From positions 1-58,728 of the forward strand of contig JBBIJY010000019.1 in assembly GCA_037445735.1 (NCBI GenBank): DNA of 58,728 nt. The letters are read 5' to 3'. The notes beneath the pieces were generated by a model, which was not told the DNA's origin, did no database searches, and saw only the letters and a list, made by a program, of their open reading frames with translations. Positions within the stretch are counted from its first letter, which is position 1; every line of letters begins with the position of its first letter. The translations under genes were made by a program, and so were the position numbers. Source of the stretch: Armatimonadota bacterium. GTDB taxonomy: Bacteria; Armatimonadota; Fimbriimonadia; Fimbriimonadales; GBS-DC. This document shows positions 1 to 8,210 of the stretch, piece after piece.

Positions 1-141
1 TACGAGGTGTTGTGGTTGGATTGGTGAGAGGTCTACAGCGGGTGGTGGTATGGTGATGGAAGTGTCGTCGAACGACGGGTCAGTCAGGATTAGCCTTGAT
101 TTCCAGGATTTTTGCTCCCTCATCACAACTGTTCGGGAGTG

Positions 142-281
142 CCCCCTCACCCGTACCCTCTCCCCCTGAAGGGGAGAGGGCTAACCGCAGATTGTTCAAG
201 AGTACCCCCTCACCCGTACCCTCTCCCCCTGAAGGGGGAGAGGGGCAAATCATTTTCCCCCAGAGGGGGCTAAGGTGAGGG
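142..281. repeat. Palindromic CCCCTCACCC...GGGAGAGGG repeat cluster (two direct copies 63 bp apart plus an inverted degenerate end)
   Basis: CCCCCTCACCCGTACCCTCTCCCCCTGAAGGGG(G)AGAGGG at 142 and 205, then GGTGAGGGG at about 274-282. The same family occurs at 29563, 47072, 48035 and 54948. Confidence 0.85.
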
Positions 282-343
282 GCATCTCCTCACGCTGCTA
301 ACGGTGAGAAGAATCTCCCCACTCGGCGAAAGGTGAGGAACGG

Positions 344-1840
344 TCAGCGCGTGTTGATGTGCAGCTGCTGCCGCTCCATGTCGAACGCGAGGTCGGCATT
401 CAGCGCTTTGCCCAGCAGCGATGCAGGCGCCAGCACGCGACCGTTGACAATCTGCAACGACGCATCCAGCGGCACCGTTTCGCCGTTCAGCACCGCGCGA
501 TTGGCGCGCACATCCAGAACCAGCTGCCTCCCTGCCAGCTCGATGGTGGCGACTTTGCGCTGGTTATCCCAGCTCAGTGTGCCGCCCGCCTGCTCGAACA
601 CCTGACGGACGGCGATCAGTGGGATGCCGTTCTGCACGCGCGGCAGGCAATCGAACACAACAGGGCGCGCGTCGAGCAGCACCTCGCAGTGGGCGACGGT
701 GGCGGGCAGGCGCGTGCTGGGGGTGAGTGTCAGCCAGCCTGTGCGGGCAGGCGTTCGCACTGCCGGTGCGGGCGCCAGCGCGATGGGGGGCGTGGCGAGT
801 TTCTGCCCGCGCATGCGCGGCGTCTCCTGCACAGAGCGCAGCTGGCTCCGCGTTGCCATCGGCTCGGTGGGCACGAAAGCGGCTGGCGGCGCCGACTCGA
901 CAGGCGGAACACTCAACCGACTGGCGTCGCCCGGCTGCGCTTCTGCCCGAGCCACTCGATAGGACGCTGGCGGCGGCTGGAGGGGCGTGGTGACGGCAGG
1001 CGCATCCTGGGGGAGCGCCAGCGGTCGGCTCAGGCGCGGCTCCGAATCGGCGGCAGCGGGCGGGCGGCTCAAACGGCTCTCCACAGATACCGGACCCATA
1101 ACGGATTCGGGCGCCCGCAGCGAACTCGTGCTGGAAGCTGGCGCGGGCGCAGGCAGCGCCAGCGTCGGTTCGTTCAATCCGACCTGCTCATCCGACTGCG
1201 CGGGCAGTTGCCGCTCCGTGCGACCGCCAGGGTTGTTCACCAGCACGCGCGTGGGCGGCGACTTGAAGGTCTGAGTGCCGTCGAAGCTCCACGCCTCGAT
1301 GGTGTGCCAGCCGTTGCGCTCGCGCGTGGTGTCCCAGTGATACACATAGGGCGGGTAGTTGCGCAGGGTGCGTACCTGTCCGTCCACAAAGAACGACACA
1401 TAGGGGCGCGATTGACCGCTCACGCGCACCTCGATGGGCACCGTGCCCGACACGCGGGTGCCGTGGCGCGGGATGAAGATGGTGATGGGCGCGGTGGGGT
1501 CGGGCGTGAGTTCGATTGGACCGCGCAGGGTGGTCAGCAGTCGCCCGCGCGAGTCGTAGAGTTTGACCGTCGCCTCGTGGATGCCAGGCGGTAGCCCCGC
1601 GTTGCTCAGCTGAATCTGGAGCGTGCCGCGCGTTGTGCCCGCCAGCTGGCGGTGCGCCACTACCACGCCGCCAATCTCCACCTCCACCGCGGCGGGCGCG
1701 ACGCCCCGCACCTCCAGCGTCAACCTATCGGGCGCACCGCGCACCAGTCGCACCGTGCCCTGCGCGTCCGCAAGCGCCAGCGGCGACACGCTACCGAAAG
1801 CCAGCACACTGTAAAACCATCGGCTCCGTTTCGTTCCCAT
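344..1840 (-). CDS. Secreted protein: Ig-like domains, Pro-rich linker and C-terminal copper amine oxidase N-terminal (stalk)-like domain
   Basis: ORF 344..1867. AAGGAGG precedes ATG 1840 (MGTKRSRW, signal-peptide-like). C-terminal 'VRQVFEQAGGTLSWD...AVLNG...IVNGRVLAP...LGKAL' is the typical stalk-domain pattern. Confidence 0.7.
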   Translation of the reverse strand: MGTKRSRWFYSVLAFGSVSPLALADAQGTVRLVRGAPDRLTLEVRGVAPAAVEVEIGGVVVAHRQLAGTTRGTLQIQLSNAGLPPGIHEATVKLYDSRGRLLTTLRGPIELTPDPTAPITIFIPRHGTRVSGTVPIEVRVSGQSRPYVSFFVDGQVRTLRNYPPYVYHWDTTRERNGWHTIEAWSFDGTQTFKSPPTRVLVNNPGGRTERQLPAQSDEQVGLNEPTLALPAPAPASSTSSLRAPESVMGPVSVESRLSRPPAAADSEPRLSRPLALPQDAPAVTTPLQPPPASYRVARAEAQPGDASRLSVPPVESAPPAAFVPTEPMATRSQLRSVQETPRMRGQKLATPPIALAPAPAVRTPARTGWLTLTPSTRLPATVAHCEVLLDARPVVFDCLPRVQNGIPLIAVRQVFEQAGGTLSWDNQRKVATIELAGRQLVLDVRANRAVLNGETVPLDASLQIVNGRVLAPASLLGKALNADLAFDMERQQLHINTR

Positions 1841-1930
1841 CCGTAGAACCTCCTTAACTGGTCGCACAATGAACCCACTTGCCCGCGCTCCCGAAAGAGC
1901 GCAGGTGAGGGGTCGATTGTACCCGTGATG

Positions 1931-1976
1931 ATTCTCCCAGAATCGGAAAATTCCCTGCTACGGGCGCGATTCCTGC
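1931..1976 (-). promoter_or_regulatory. Tandem SigH-type promoters for the 344..1840 gene
   Basis: Minus strand AGGA(1974-1971)-N17-GAAT(1953-1950) and an overlapping GGGA(1955-1952)-N17-GAAT(1934-1931). These match the Firmicutes SigH consensus. Confidence 0.55.
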
Positions 1977-2017
1977 CCTGAATCGGGTAAAATCGGCGCG
2001 GAATCGCGTCCAAACCC

Positions 2018-2047
2018 TTGACTTTTCTGGCGTCAATCGTCTAAACT
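2018..2047 (+). promoter_or_regulatory. sigma70-type promoter for sigH
   Basis: TTGACT(2018-2023)-N18-TAAACT(2042-2047). Confidence 0.55.
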
Positions 2048-2204
2048 ACTATCGTCCGCACGGGGAGCGAAGGATGAAGGCGTGGCATGGGCGGTTTAAC
2101 AGGAAACAGAACCCCGCAGCGCTGTGGGCCGCCGGGGTGCATCCCTCCTTCACACCTCGCGCGGGCTTGTCCGTAGAACGAGCAGGCGATGGAGGGGACC
2201 AGTG

Positions 2205-2954
2205 ATGGAATACAATATGGCATCCGACGAGTTAATCTACTTCGACGAGACCGGGCTGTGTTTCAACCAGATGCAGGACGAGGAACTTGTGCAGTACGCC
2301 AAGCAGGGCTGTCAACGCGCCACCGAGATTCTGATCCGCCGCTACCGTTCCCTTGTGGAGAGCAAAGCACGCGCCTACTTCCTCATCGGCGCCGACCATG
2401 AGGATGTGGTGCAGGAGGGGCTGATCGGGCTTTACAAAGCCATTCGCGACTTCCGATTTGACCGAATCCCCTCGTTCCGCCCCTTCGCAGAAATCTGCAT
2501 CACCCGCCAGATTATCACCGCCGTTAAGACCGCCACCCGTCAGAAGCATCAACCTCTCAACGACTATGTGTCGCTGTATAGCCCGCTTCAGAACAACGGC
2601 GAAGAATCGGACAGCTGCCTGGTGGAGGTGCTGCCCGATGTGAACGCGCTCAATCCCGAACAGTGGATTCTGGAGCGGCGCATTCCGCAGGCGGTGCTGC
2701 GCATGGTGCGCGAGTTGCTTAGCCCGCTCGAACTGCAGGTGCTGGACTGCTATCTGGACGGTCTGTCGTATCGGGAGATGTCGGAGCGGCTCAATCGCCA
2801 CACGAAGTGCATCGATAACGCTTTACAGCGCATCAAGAAGAAGCTGAAGCAGGTTTACGAAGATAATTATGGGGATTCTTCGGAGGTGAGTTCGCGTCGC
2901 AAGCGGCGCACGCGAATTGCGCCCGAACTGGAAGACACCACCACCGCCCTATGA
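2205..2954 (+). CDS. sigH: RNA polymerase sigma factor, SigH (Spo0H) family
   Basis: 'YRSLVESKARAYFLIGADHEDVVQEGLIGLYKAIRDF', 'FAEICITRQIITAVKTATRQKHQPLN' and 'KCIDNALQRIKKKL' are SigH signatures. GGAGGGG RBS at 2191; start is GTG 2202 or ATG 2205. Confidence 0.9.
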   Translation: MEYNMASDELIYFDETGLCFNQMQDEELVQYAKQGCQRATEILIRRYRSLVESKARAYFLIGADHEDVVQEGLIGLYKAIRDFRFDRIPSFRPFAEICITRQIITAVKTATRQKHQPLNDYVSLYSPLQNNGEESDSCLVEVLPDVNALNPEQWILERRIPQAVLRMVRELLSPLELQVLDCYLDGLSYREMSERLNRHTKCIDNALQRIKKKLKQVYEDNYGDSSEVSSRRKRRTRIAPELEDTTTAL

Positions 2955-3937
2955 GCCGTCTCCGCGTTGCTGAGTCGGATGTGCTGACGGTCGCCCGCGA
3001 GGTTCTGGCAATTGAGGCGACCGCCATCCTGCGCTTGCGAGAGCAGCTGGACGCTGCGTTCGAGCAGGCGGTGCAGGCATTACTGCGCTGTGAGGGGCGG
3101 CTGGTGCTGAGCGGTGTGGGCAAGTCGGGCGCGATTGCCCGCAAGCTGGCGGGCACTTTCAGCAGCACAGGCACGCCCGCCATGTTTTTGCACCCGACCG
3201 AAGCCGCGCATGGCGACCTGGGCGCCGTCACCCCGCAGGATGTCGCCCTGCTGCTCTCCTACAGCGGTGAAACCGAGGAGCTGATCACGCTGTGCCCCGC
3301 CATCAAGCGCCTGCAGGTGTTCACGATGGTGATGACGGGTCGCCCCGATTCGACGCTGGGTCGCATGGCGGATCTGGTGCTGAATGTGGCGATTGAGCGG
3401 GAGGCGTGCCCGCACAATCTGGCGCCGACCGCCAGCACGACGGCGATGCTGGCGCTTGGCGACGCGCTCGCGCTGTCGGTGATGGTCGCGCGCGGCTTCA
3501 CGCCCGACGACTTCGCGCTCAATCACCCTGCGGGCACGCTGGGCAGACGGCTGCTGCTGCGGGCGTACGATGTGATGCGCACGGGCGACGCGCTCGCGAT
3601 TGTGCATCAGCACGCCCCTCTGCGCGACGCGCTGTTCGCCATCACGAAGGCGGGCGCCGGCGCCGCCTGTGTGGTCGACGACGAGGGCGTGATGGTCGGG
3701 CTGATCACCGATGGCGACATCCGCCGCCGCCTGCTCCAGGACGAACATGCCCTGCGCGAACCTGTGAATCAGGCGATGACCCGAACGCCCTATGTGCTGC
3801 GGGGCAACCCGCTCGCGATTGAGGTGCTGGAGAAGTTTCAGAGCCTGCCCGTCAAAATCGGGGATATGCCCGTGCTGGACGACGCGGGACGACCGATCGG
3901 CATGGTGGTGCTGAAAGACCTGCTGCGCTGTCTGTGA
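2951..3937 (+). CDS. kdsD: KpsF/GutQ family arabinose-5-phosphate isomerase (SIS + 2 CBS)
   Basis: 'SGVGKSG', 'FLHPTEAAHGDLG', 'EACPHNLAPTASTTAMLALGDALA', 'HPAGTLG'. ATGA overlap with sigH. Confidence 0.9.
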   Translation: MSRLRVAESDVLTVAREVLAIEATAILRLREQLDAAFEQAVQALLRCEGRLVLSGVGKSGAIARKLAGTFSSTGTPAMFLHPTEAAHGDLGAVTPQDVALLLSYSGETEELITLCPAIKRLQVFTMVMTGRPDSTLGRMADLVLNVAIEREACPHNLAPTASTTAMLALGDALALSVMVARGFTPDDFALNHPAGTLGRRLLLRAYDVMRTGDALAIVHQHAPLRDALFAITKAGAGAACVVDDEGVMVGLITDGDIRRRLLQDEHALREPVNQAMTRTPYVLRGNPLAIEVLEKFQSLPVKIGDMPVLDDAGRPIGMVVLKDLLRCL

Positions 3938-3938
3938 G

Positions 3939-5048
3939 TCAGACGCGCTCGCGGCGAGCAATCAGCCAGATCGCCAGCGCCAGCCCTATCAGGTTCGGTA
4001 GAAAGCTGGCAAGCAGTGGTGGCACCGCGCTGCGCCCCAGAATCACCAGATAGCGTGCCAGCACCCAGTAGAAAAAGATAATCGCAACGCTGAGCGCGAA
4101 GCCGACAGCGGGGCTGCTACGCTGCGGGCGAATGCTCAGCGGCGCACCCACCAGCGCGAAAATCAGGCTTGCCAGCGGCACCGCAATTTTGTTGTAGAGT
4201 TCCACTGTGAGCTGGCGCACCATCGTCGGCTCCACACCCTCCTGACGATAGAATTCGATCTGCTGGCGCAGCTGGCGGAAGGAGCGGGCGTCCACCTCGG
4301 TCAGCAGCGCTTCGATCTGCAACGGGCTGCGCCGTATCTGCACGCCCGCAACTGGCTCACTGCGGAACACGCGGAAGGTGCCGTATTGCCCATCGGCTGT
4401 GCGCCACCAGCCGTCGTACAGCACCCATTCGGCATCGCTGTCCCATTTCGCCCGTTGCGCGAAGGCGATGGCTTCAGGTTCGCGCACGCGACCCGCGCGA
4501 TACTTGATGATGGTGACCTGAAACAGCTGCTGGCTTTGCGGGTCGCGTCCGCCCGCCACAATCACATACGAATCGAGCCGTCCGTCGCGCCACTGGGGGA
4601 ATCCGAACGCCTGTTGCTCGGTGAGCTGGAGCCGTTCGAGGATGCGGGCGCGGAGGGCGCTGGCGTGCGCAGTCGCCCACGGCACCACCGTCTCGTTGAA
4701 GCCCATCGCCAGCAGGCTGACCAGCAGCCCCATCGCGCCCACTGGCAGCATCAGCCGTCGAATGCTGACGCCCGCCGCCCGCAACGCGGTGATCTCCCAA
4801 TCGGACGACAGCCGCCCGAAGCCCAGCAGGGTCGCCAGCAGCATGCCCATCGGCAGCGTCTTGACCGCAATCTGAGGCAGATAGAGCGCGGACAGCGCCA
4901 CCACCTCGCGCAGCGGCACACCCTTGACCGCATATTCGGTGATCATGAACACATAGCCGCCAGCGAAGATGAGCGTGGTGAATAGCCCCACACCGAACAG
5001 CAACGGCGCCAGCAACTCCCGCACCACCAGCCGATCCACCAGCCGCAT
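3939..5048 (-). CDS. LptF/LptG (YjgP/YjgQ) family permease
   Basis: Three N-terminal TMs, 'GRLSSDWEITALRAAGVS', a periplasmic domain, then three C-terminal TMs with 'LPNL'. Confidence 0.85.
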   Translation of the reverse strand: MRLVDRLVVRELLAPLLFGVGLFTTLIFAGGYVFMITEYAVKGVPLREVVALSALYLPQIAVKTLPMGMLLATLLGFGRLSSDWEITALRAAGVSIRRLMLPVGAMGLLVSLLAMGFNETVVPWATAHASALRARILERLQLTEQQAFGFPQWRDGRLDSYVIVAGGRDPQSQQLFQVTIIKYRAGRVREPEAIAFAQRAKWDSDAEWVLYDGWWRTADGQYGTFRVFRSEPVAGVQIRRSPLQIEALLTEVDARSFRQLRQQIEFYRQEGVEPTMVRQLTVELYNKIAVPLASLIFALVGAPLSIRPQRSSPAVGFALSVAIIFFYWVLARYLVILGRSAVPPLLASFLPNLIGLALAIWLIARRERV

Positions 5049-5128
5049 CGGTTAGAAGGATACCCCCTGCCACGATTGGCTATCCCCCTGTGTAAATTTA
5101 CCTGGTTTCCCGATAATCATGACGGATC

Positions 5129-7021
5129 ATGAAAGGTGTCTGGCTATCGGCTGGCATGGTTGTGGTGATGGCATGCAGCCTCTGGGCGCAGCGCACCTCC
5201 CGGACGGCGGAGCTGTTGTTTGCGGATCCAGCGGAAATCGTCACCACTGCCACTCGAAGCCAGCGTTCGATTGAAGAATCACCCATCTCGGTGCAGGTGC
5301 TGACGCGGCACTCGCTGACCGATTGGCTCACGGTGCAGGAGGCGTTAGAGCGCAGGCTGCCTGATGTGATTGCCTTTGAAGGCTCGTTGATGCGCTTTCT
5401 GTCGGTGCGTGGCTCGTTTTCTTCGTCCGAGTTCAACGAGCGCACGCTGGTGCTGCTGGATGGCGTTCCACTGAACGACCCGGTGCTGGGTCATGTGCCG
5501 CTGATGGCGCTCCCCGCGCTGCCGCTGGAACGCATCGAGGTGGTCTACGGTCCTGGCTCGGCGCTCTATGGGGCGAATGCGTTTGCGGGCGTGGTGGCGC
5601 TCAAAACGGCGCCATCCGCCACCGAGCGGCAGGTGCGCGTGCAGTTTGGCGAGGGCAACGGTCAACGGCAAAGCGTCGCGCTCTGGGGCAGCTATCTCGC
5701 TCAGCGCTGGCACTTCAGCACCTTCGGATGGGTAGGGCAGGACGGCGGAACGCCCGGCATCCATAACGCCGCCCGGACCCACATGTGGCAGAGCGCCCTG
5801 CGCTGGAACCCCACACCCCACACCACATGGACACTGCGAACGCTGTTGTCTGGCATGCAGCGCGGTGTCAACGGTAGAACAGTGGCGATGGCTGGCACGC
5901 CGAACGATTCCTACCAGACACAGGCATTCCTGTGGGCGCTGGAGCGCGAGGCAAAGGGTGCAGGAAGCCGCTATCACCTGCTGCGCCTGTATGGTCAGCA
6001 GGGCACCCACGAATTCAACCGGCAGCAAGCTTCGGTTCGGAGGCAGGCGAACTATCAACGGCTGGGTGTCGAGACGCTCTGGCAGTGGTCGCACGGGCAC
6101 ACCCAGTGGACCGTCGGGCTGGAAGCGCGCCAGGAGAGCGCAGCGGGCAACCTGCTCCGTCGCTCACCGACTGCCAACCTCTGGAGCGCCTATACCCAGC
6201 TGGAATATCACCTGCCCGCAGCCTATCTCACCGTCGGGCTGCGCCACGATAACCATTCGGTCTATGGGGCGCAGCGCAGCGTTCGTGGCGCATTGACCTA
6301 CTCAGTTAACGAGCAGCTTGCTGTGCGCGCCTCCTATGGCACCGCGTTTCGCGCCCCTAACTTTGCGGAGCTTTACTCAGGTGGCAACTGGGTATGGACA
6401 CCGATTGAGCTGAACTTTTCACCCGTCTATGTGATGGGTGATCCCAGATTGCGCCCAGAGCGAATCACGGCATGGGAGATTGGCATCCGCCACCAGCTCG
6501 CTCCCACCGCACACTTTGATCTCAGCTATTTTGATAAGAACCACGAGAATCTCATCTCGCTGGAATTGCATCCCGGGCATCCGACGGGCATCACCTGGCC
6601 ACATGCACACTATCGCAACCTGATGCACTATCATGTGGTGGGTGTCGCGGCGTCGGTGGTGTGGCGCCTGAACGCGGGACATGAGCTAACGGTCAGCGGC
6701 TACCATCTGCTTCAGCAGCACTGGGGTAGTCATTCAGCGCATCCGACCGTGCGCCAGATCAGCCTCACGCGCTCGCGGCTGGTGGTGACTCTCAACGGTC
6801 GGACGGGCACGCGCTTCTCGTGGTTGCTGGAGGGCGTTGTGCCGCCGTATGACACAGGGGGCGGGCGCGCCCTGATAGCGCTGGCGTTGCGCTATCCGCT
6901 TCAGGAGCGACGCGCGTGGCTGCTGCGTGTGGATAACCTGCTGAACAGCACCTACGCGCTCTCACCGTTGCTGCAGACGCGCGGGCTGCGCCTGTCGCTG
7001 TTTTATCAGCAGGGCTGGTAG
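5129..7021 (+). CDS. TonB-dependent outer-membrane receptor
   Basis: Signal peptide; plug motif 'ERIEVVYGPGSALYGANAFAGVV'; 'RASYGTAFRAPNFAELY', 'LRPE', 'VDNLLN'; C-terminal Trp. Confidence 0.85.
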   Translation: MKGVWLSAGMVVVMACSLWAQRTSRTAELLFADPAEIVTTATRSQRSIEESPISVQVLTRHSLTDWLTVQEALERRLPDVIAFEGSLMRFLSVRGSFSSSEFNERTLVLLDGVPLNDPVLGHVPLMALPALPLERIEVVYGPGSALYGANAFAGVVALKTAPSATERQVRVQFGEGNGQRQSVALWGSYLAQRWHFSTFGWVGQDGGTPGIHNAARTHMWQSALRWNPTPHTTWTLRTLLSGMQRGVNGRTVAMAGTPNDSYQTQAFLWALEREAKGAGSRYHLLRLYGQQGTHEFNRQQASVRRQANYQRLGVETLWQWSHGHTQWTVGLEARQESAAGNLLRRSPTANLWSAYTQLEYHLPAAYLTVGLRHDNHSVYGAQRSVRGALTYSVNEQLAVRASYGTAFRAPNFAELYSGGNWVWTPIELNFSPVYVMGDPRLRPERITAWEIGIRHQLAPTAHFDLSYFDKNHENLISLELHPGHPTGITWPHAHYRNLMHYHVVGVAASVVWRLNAGHELTVSGYHLLQQHWGSHSAHPTVRQISLTRSRLVVTLNGRTGTRFSWLLEGVVPPYDTGGGRALIALALRYPLQERRAWLLRVDNLLNSTYALSPLLQTRGLRLSLFYQQGW

Positions 7022-7023
7022 CC

Positions 7024-8142
7024 TCAGCGGTTGGCGACCAGAAAGTAGATGCTCAGCAGCAGCCACACGATTCGCAACGGCTCTTCGATGGAGCCGCTGC
7101 GTCGGCGGGGCATCGGCACATCGATGGTGTCGCCAGGCTGAAGCGTCTCATCGGCGCGGCTGCCCTGCGCCACCTGCAGCAGGTTCACCACGATCCGCTG
7201 CGTGCGCTTGCCACTGGGTCGCTCGATGGTCACGCGCTCCAGCTTTGCTTCGGGCAGCGGACCGCCAGCCGCCTCCAGTGCTTGCGTGAGCGTCATGTTC
7301 TCCACATAGTTGATCAGCCCTGGTCGGCGCACGCCGCCCCGCACCAGCACGAACTGCTTTGTGGCGCGATAGGGCACGGTGATCTGGTCGCCAGGCTGCA
7401 GTGGGATGTCGCCCTGCAGGGTGTTGAGGTTGATGGTTTCGGGCTGAGCGCTCTGGGCGCGTTTGAGCGCGATTTTGGTGGTGTCGGCTTCGGGCAGCGT
7501 GCCGCCCGCCTTGCCAATCGCCTGAATCAGCGTCAGCCCCTGCTCGTAGGGCACGACGCCCGGCTTCTGCACCGCGCCCACCACAATCACATTGCGTCCG
7601 CCCGCCTGCAACGGCACAAAGATTCGGTCGCCTGCCTGCAGTTCGGGGTTCTCGTGCTGGTCGCCTTCCTGCTGGAACTTCCGGAAGTTGATGGTGAGTC
7701 GCGTGCCGTCGAGCCGTTCGAGGCGGACGGCGCTCAGGTCGGCGGCGTCGCTGGGCTGGGCTTCGCGCAGGGCATCGCTCAGCCGCCAGCCCGACTGAAG
7801 TGTGAACTCGCCCGCTTTGCGCACGGCGCCAGAAACGCTCACCTTCGGCTCGGCACGCGCCACAATCTCCACCTTCACCTGCGGATTGCGCAGGTATTCG
7901 CCCTCACGCAGGCGGCGGGTAATCTCGTTCGCCAGCTGCGTGGGGGTCAGCCCCGCCGCCTTGACGACGCCAATCAGCGGCATCTGCAGGTTGCCCTGCT
8001 CGTCCACCTTATACACGCGCGAGAGCGAGGTGTCGGGTTGAATCGTGATTTTGAGTGAGTCGCCCGGCGCGATTGTTAACTCCTGCGTCCGCCCGCCTGA
8101 TAGAATCGTCAACAGCGCGCACAGCCCCAGAATCGCTCGCAT
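7024..8142 (-). CDS. Polysaccharide export protein (Wza-like, Poly_export + SLBB domains)
   Basis: 'PGDSLKITI', 'VDEQGNLQMPLIGVVKAAGLT', repeated 'VxGAVxKPG...ALxxAGG' SLBB motifs. Confidence 0.85.
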   Translation of the reverse strand: MRAILGLCALLTILSGGRTQELTIAPGDSLKITIQPDTSLSRVYKVDEQGNLQMPLIGVVKAAGLTPTQLANEITRRLREGEYLRNPQVKVEIVARAEPKVSVSGAVRKAGEFTLQSGWRLSDALREAQPSDAADLSAVRLERLDGTRLTINFRKFQQEGDQHENPELQAGDRIFVPLQAGGRNVIVVGAVQKPGVVPYEQGLTLIQAIGKAGGTLPEADTTKIALKRAQSAQPETINLNTLQGDIPLQPGDQITVPYRATKQFVLVRGGVRRPGLINYVENMTLTQALEAAGGPLPEAKLERVTIERPSGKRTQRIVVNLLQVAQGSRADETLQPGDTIDVPMPRRRSGSIEEPLRIVWLLLSIYFLVANR

Positions 8143-8210
8143 CGCTTTCACCCGTCCATAAGATACCCGACACAACGGGAGTCTGCCTGACGGTGGCGAA
8201 AGGAACCTGT

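Noticed and set aside
1-95. G/T-rich start of window, possibly the 3' end of a CDS (YEVLWLDW*)
   Set aside because: Too short to support an assignment
142-244. Two ~39-bp direct repeats with a ~24-bp spacer, resembling a mini CRISPR array
   Set aside because: Only two copies, no cas genes, and the repeat belongs to the dispersed palindromic family seen elsewhere in the window
5049-5128. Cobalamin riboswitch or Fur box upstream of the TonB receptor
   Set aside because: The intergenic gap is only 80 bp. Just a short GTAAATTTAC palindrome is visible, too weak to call.
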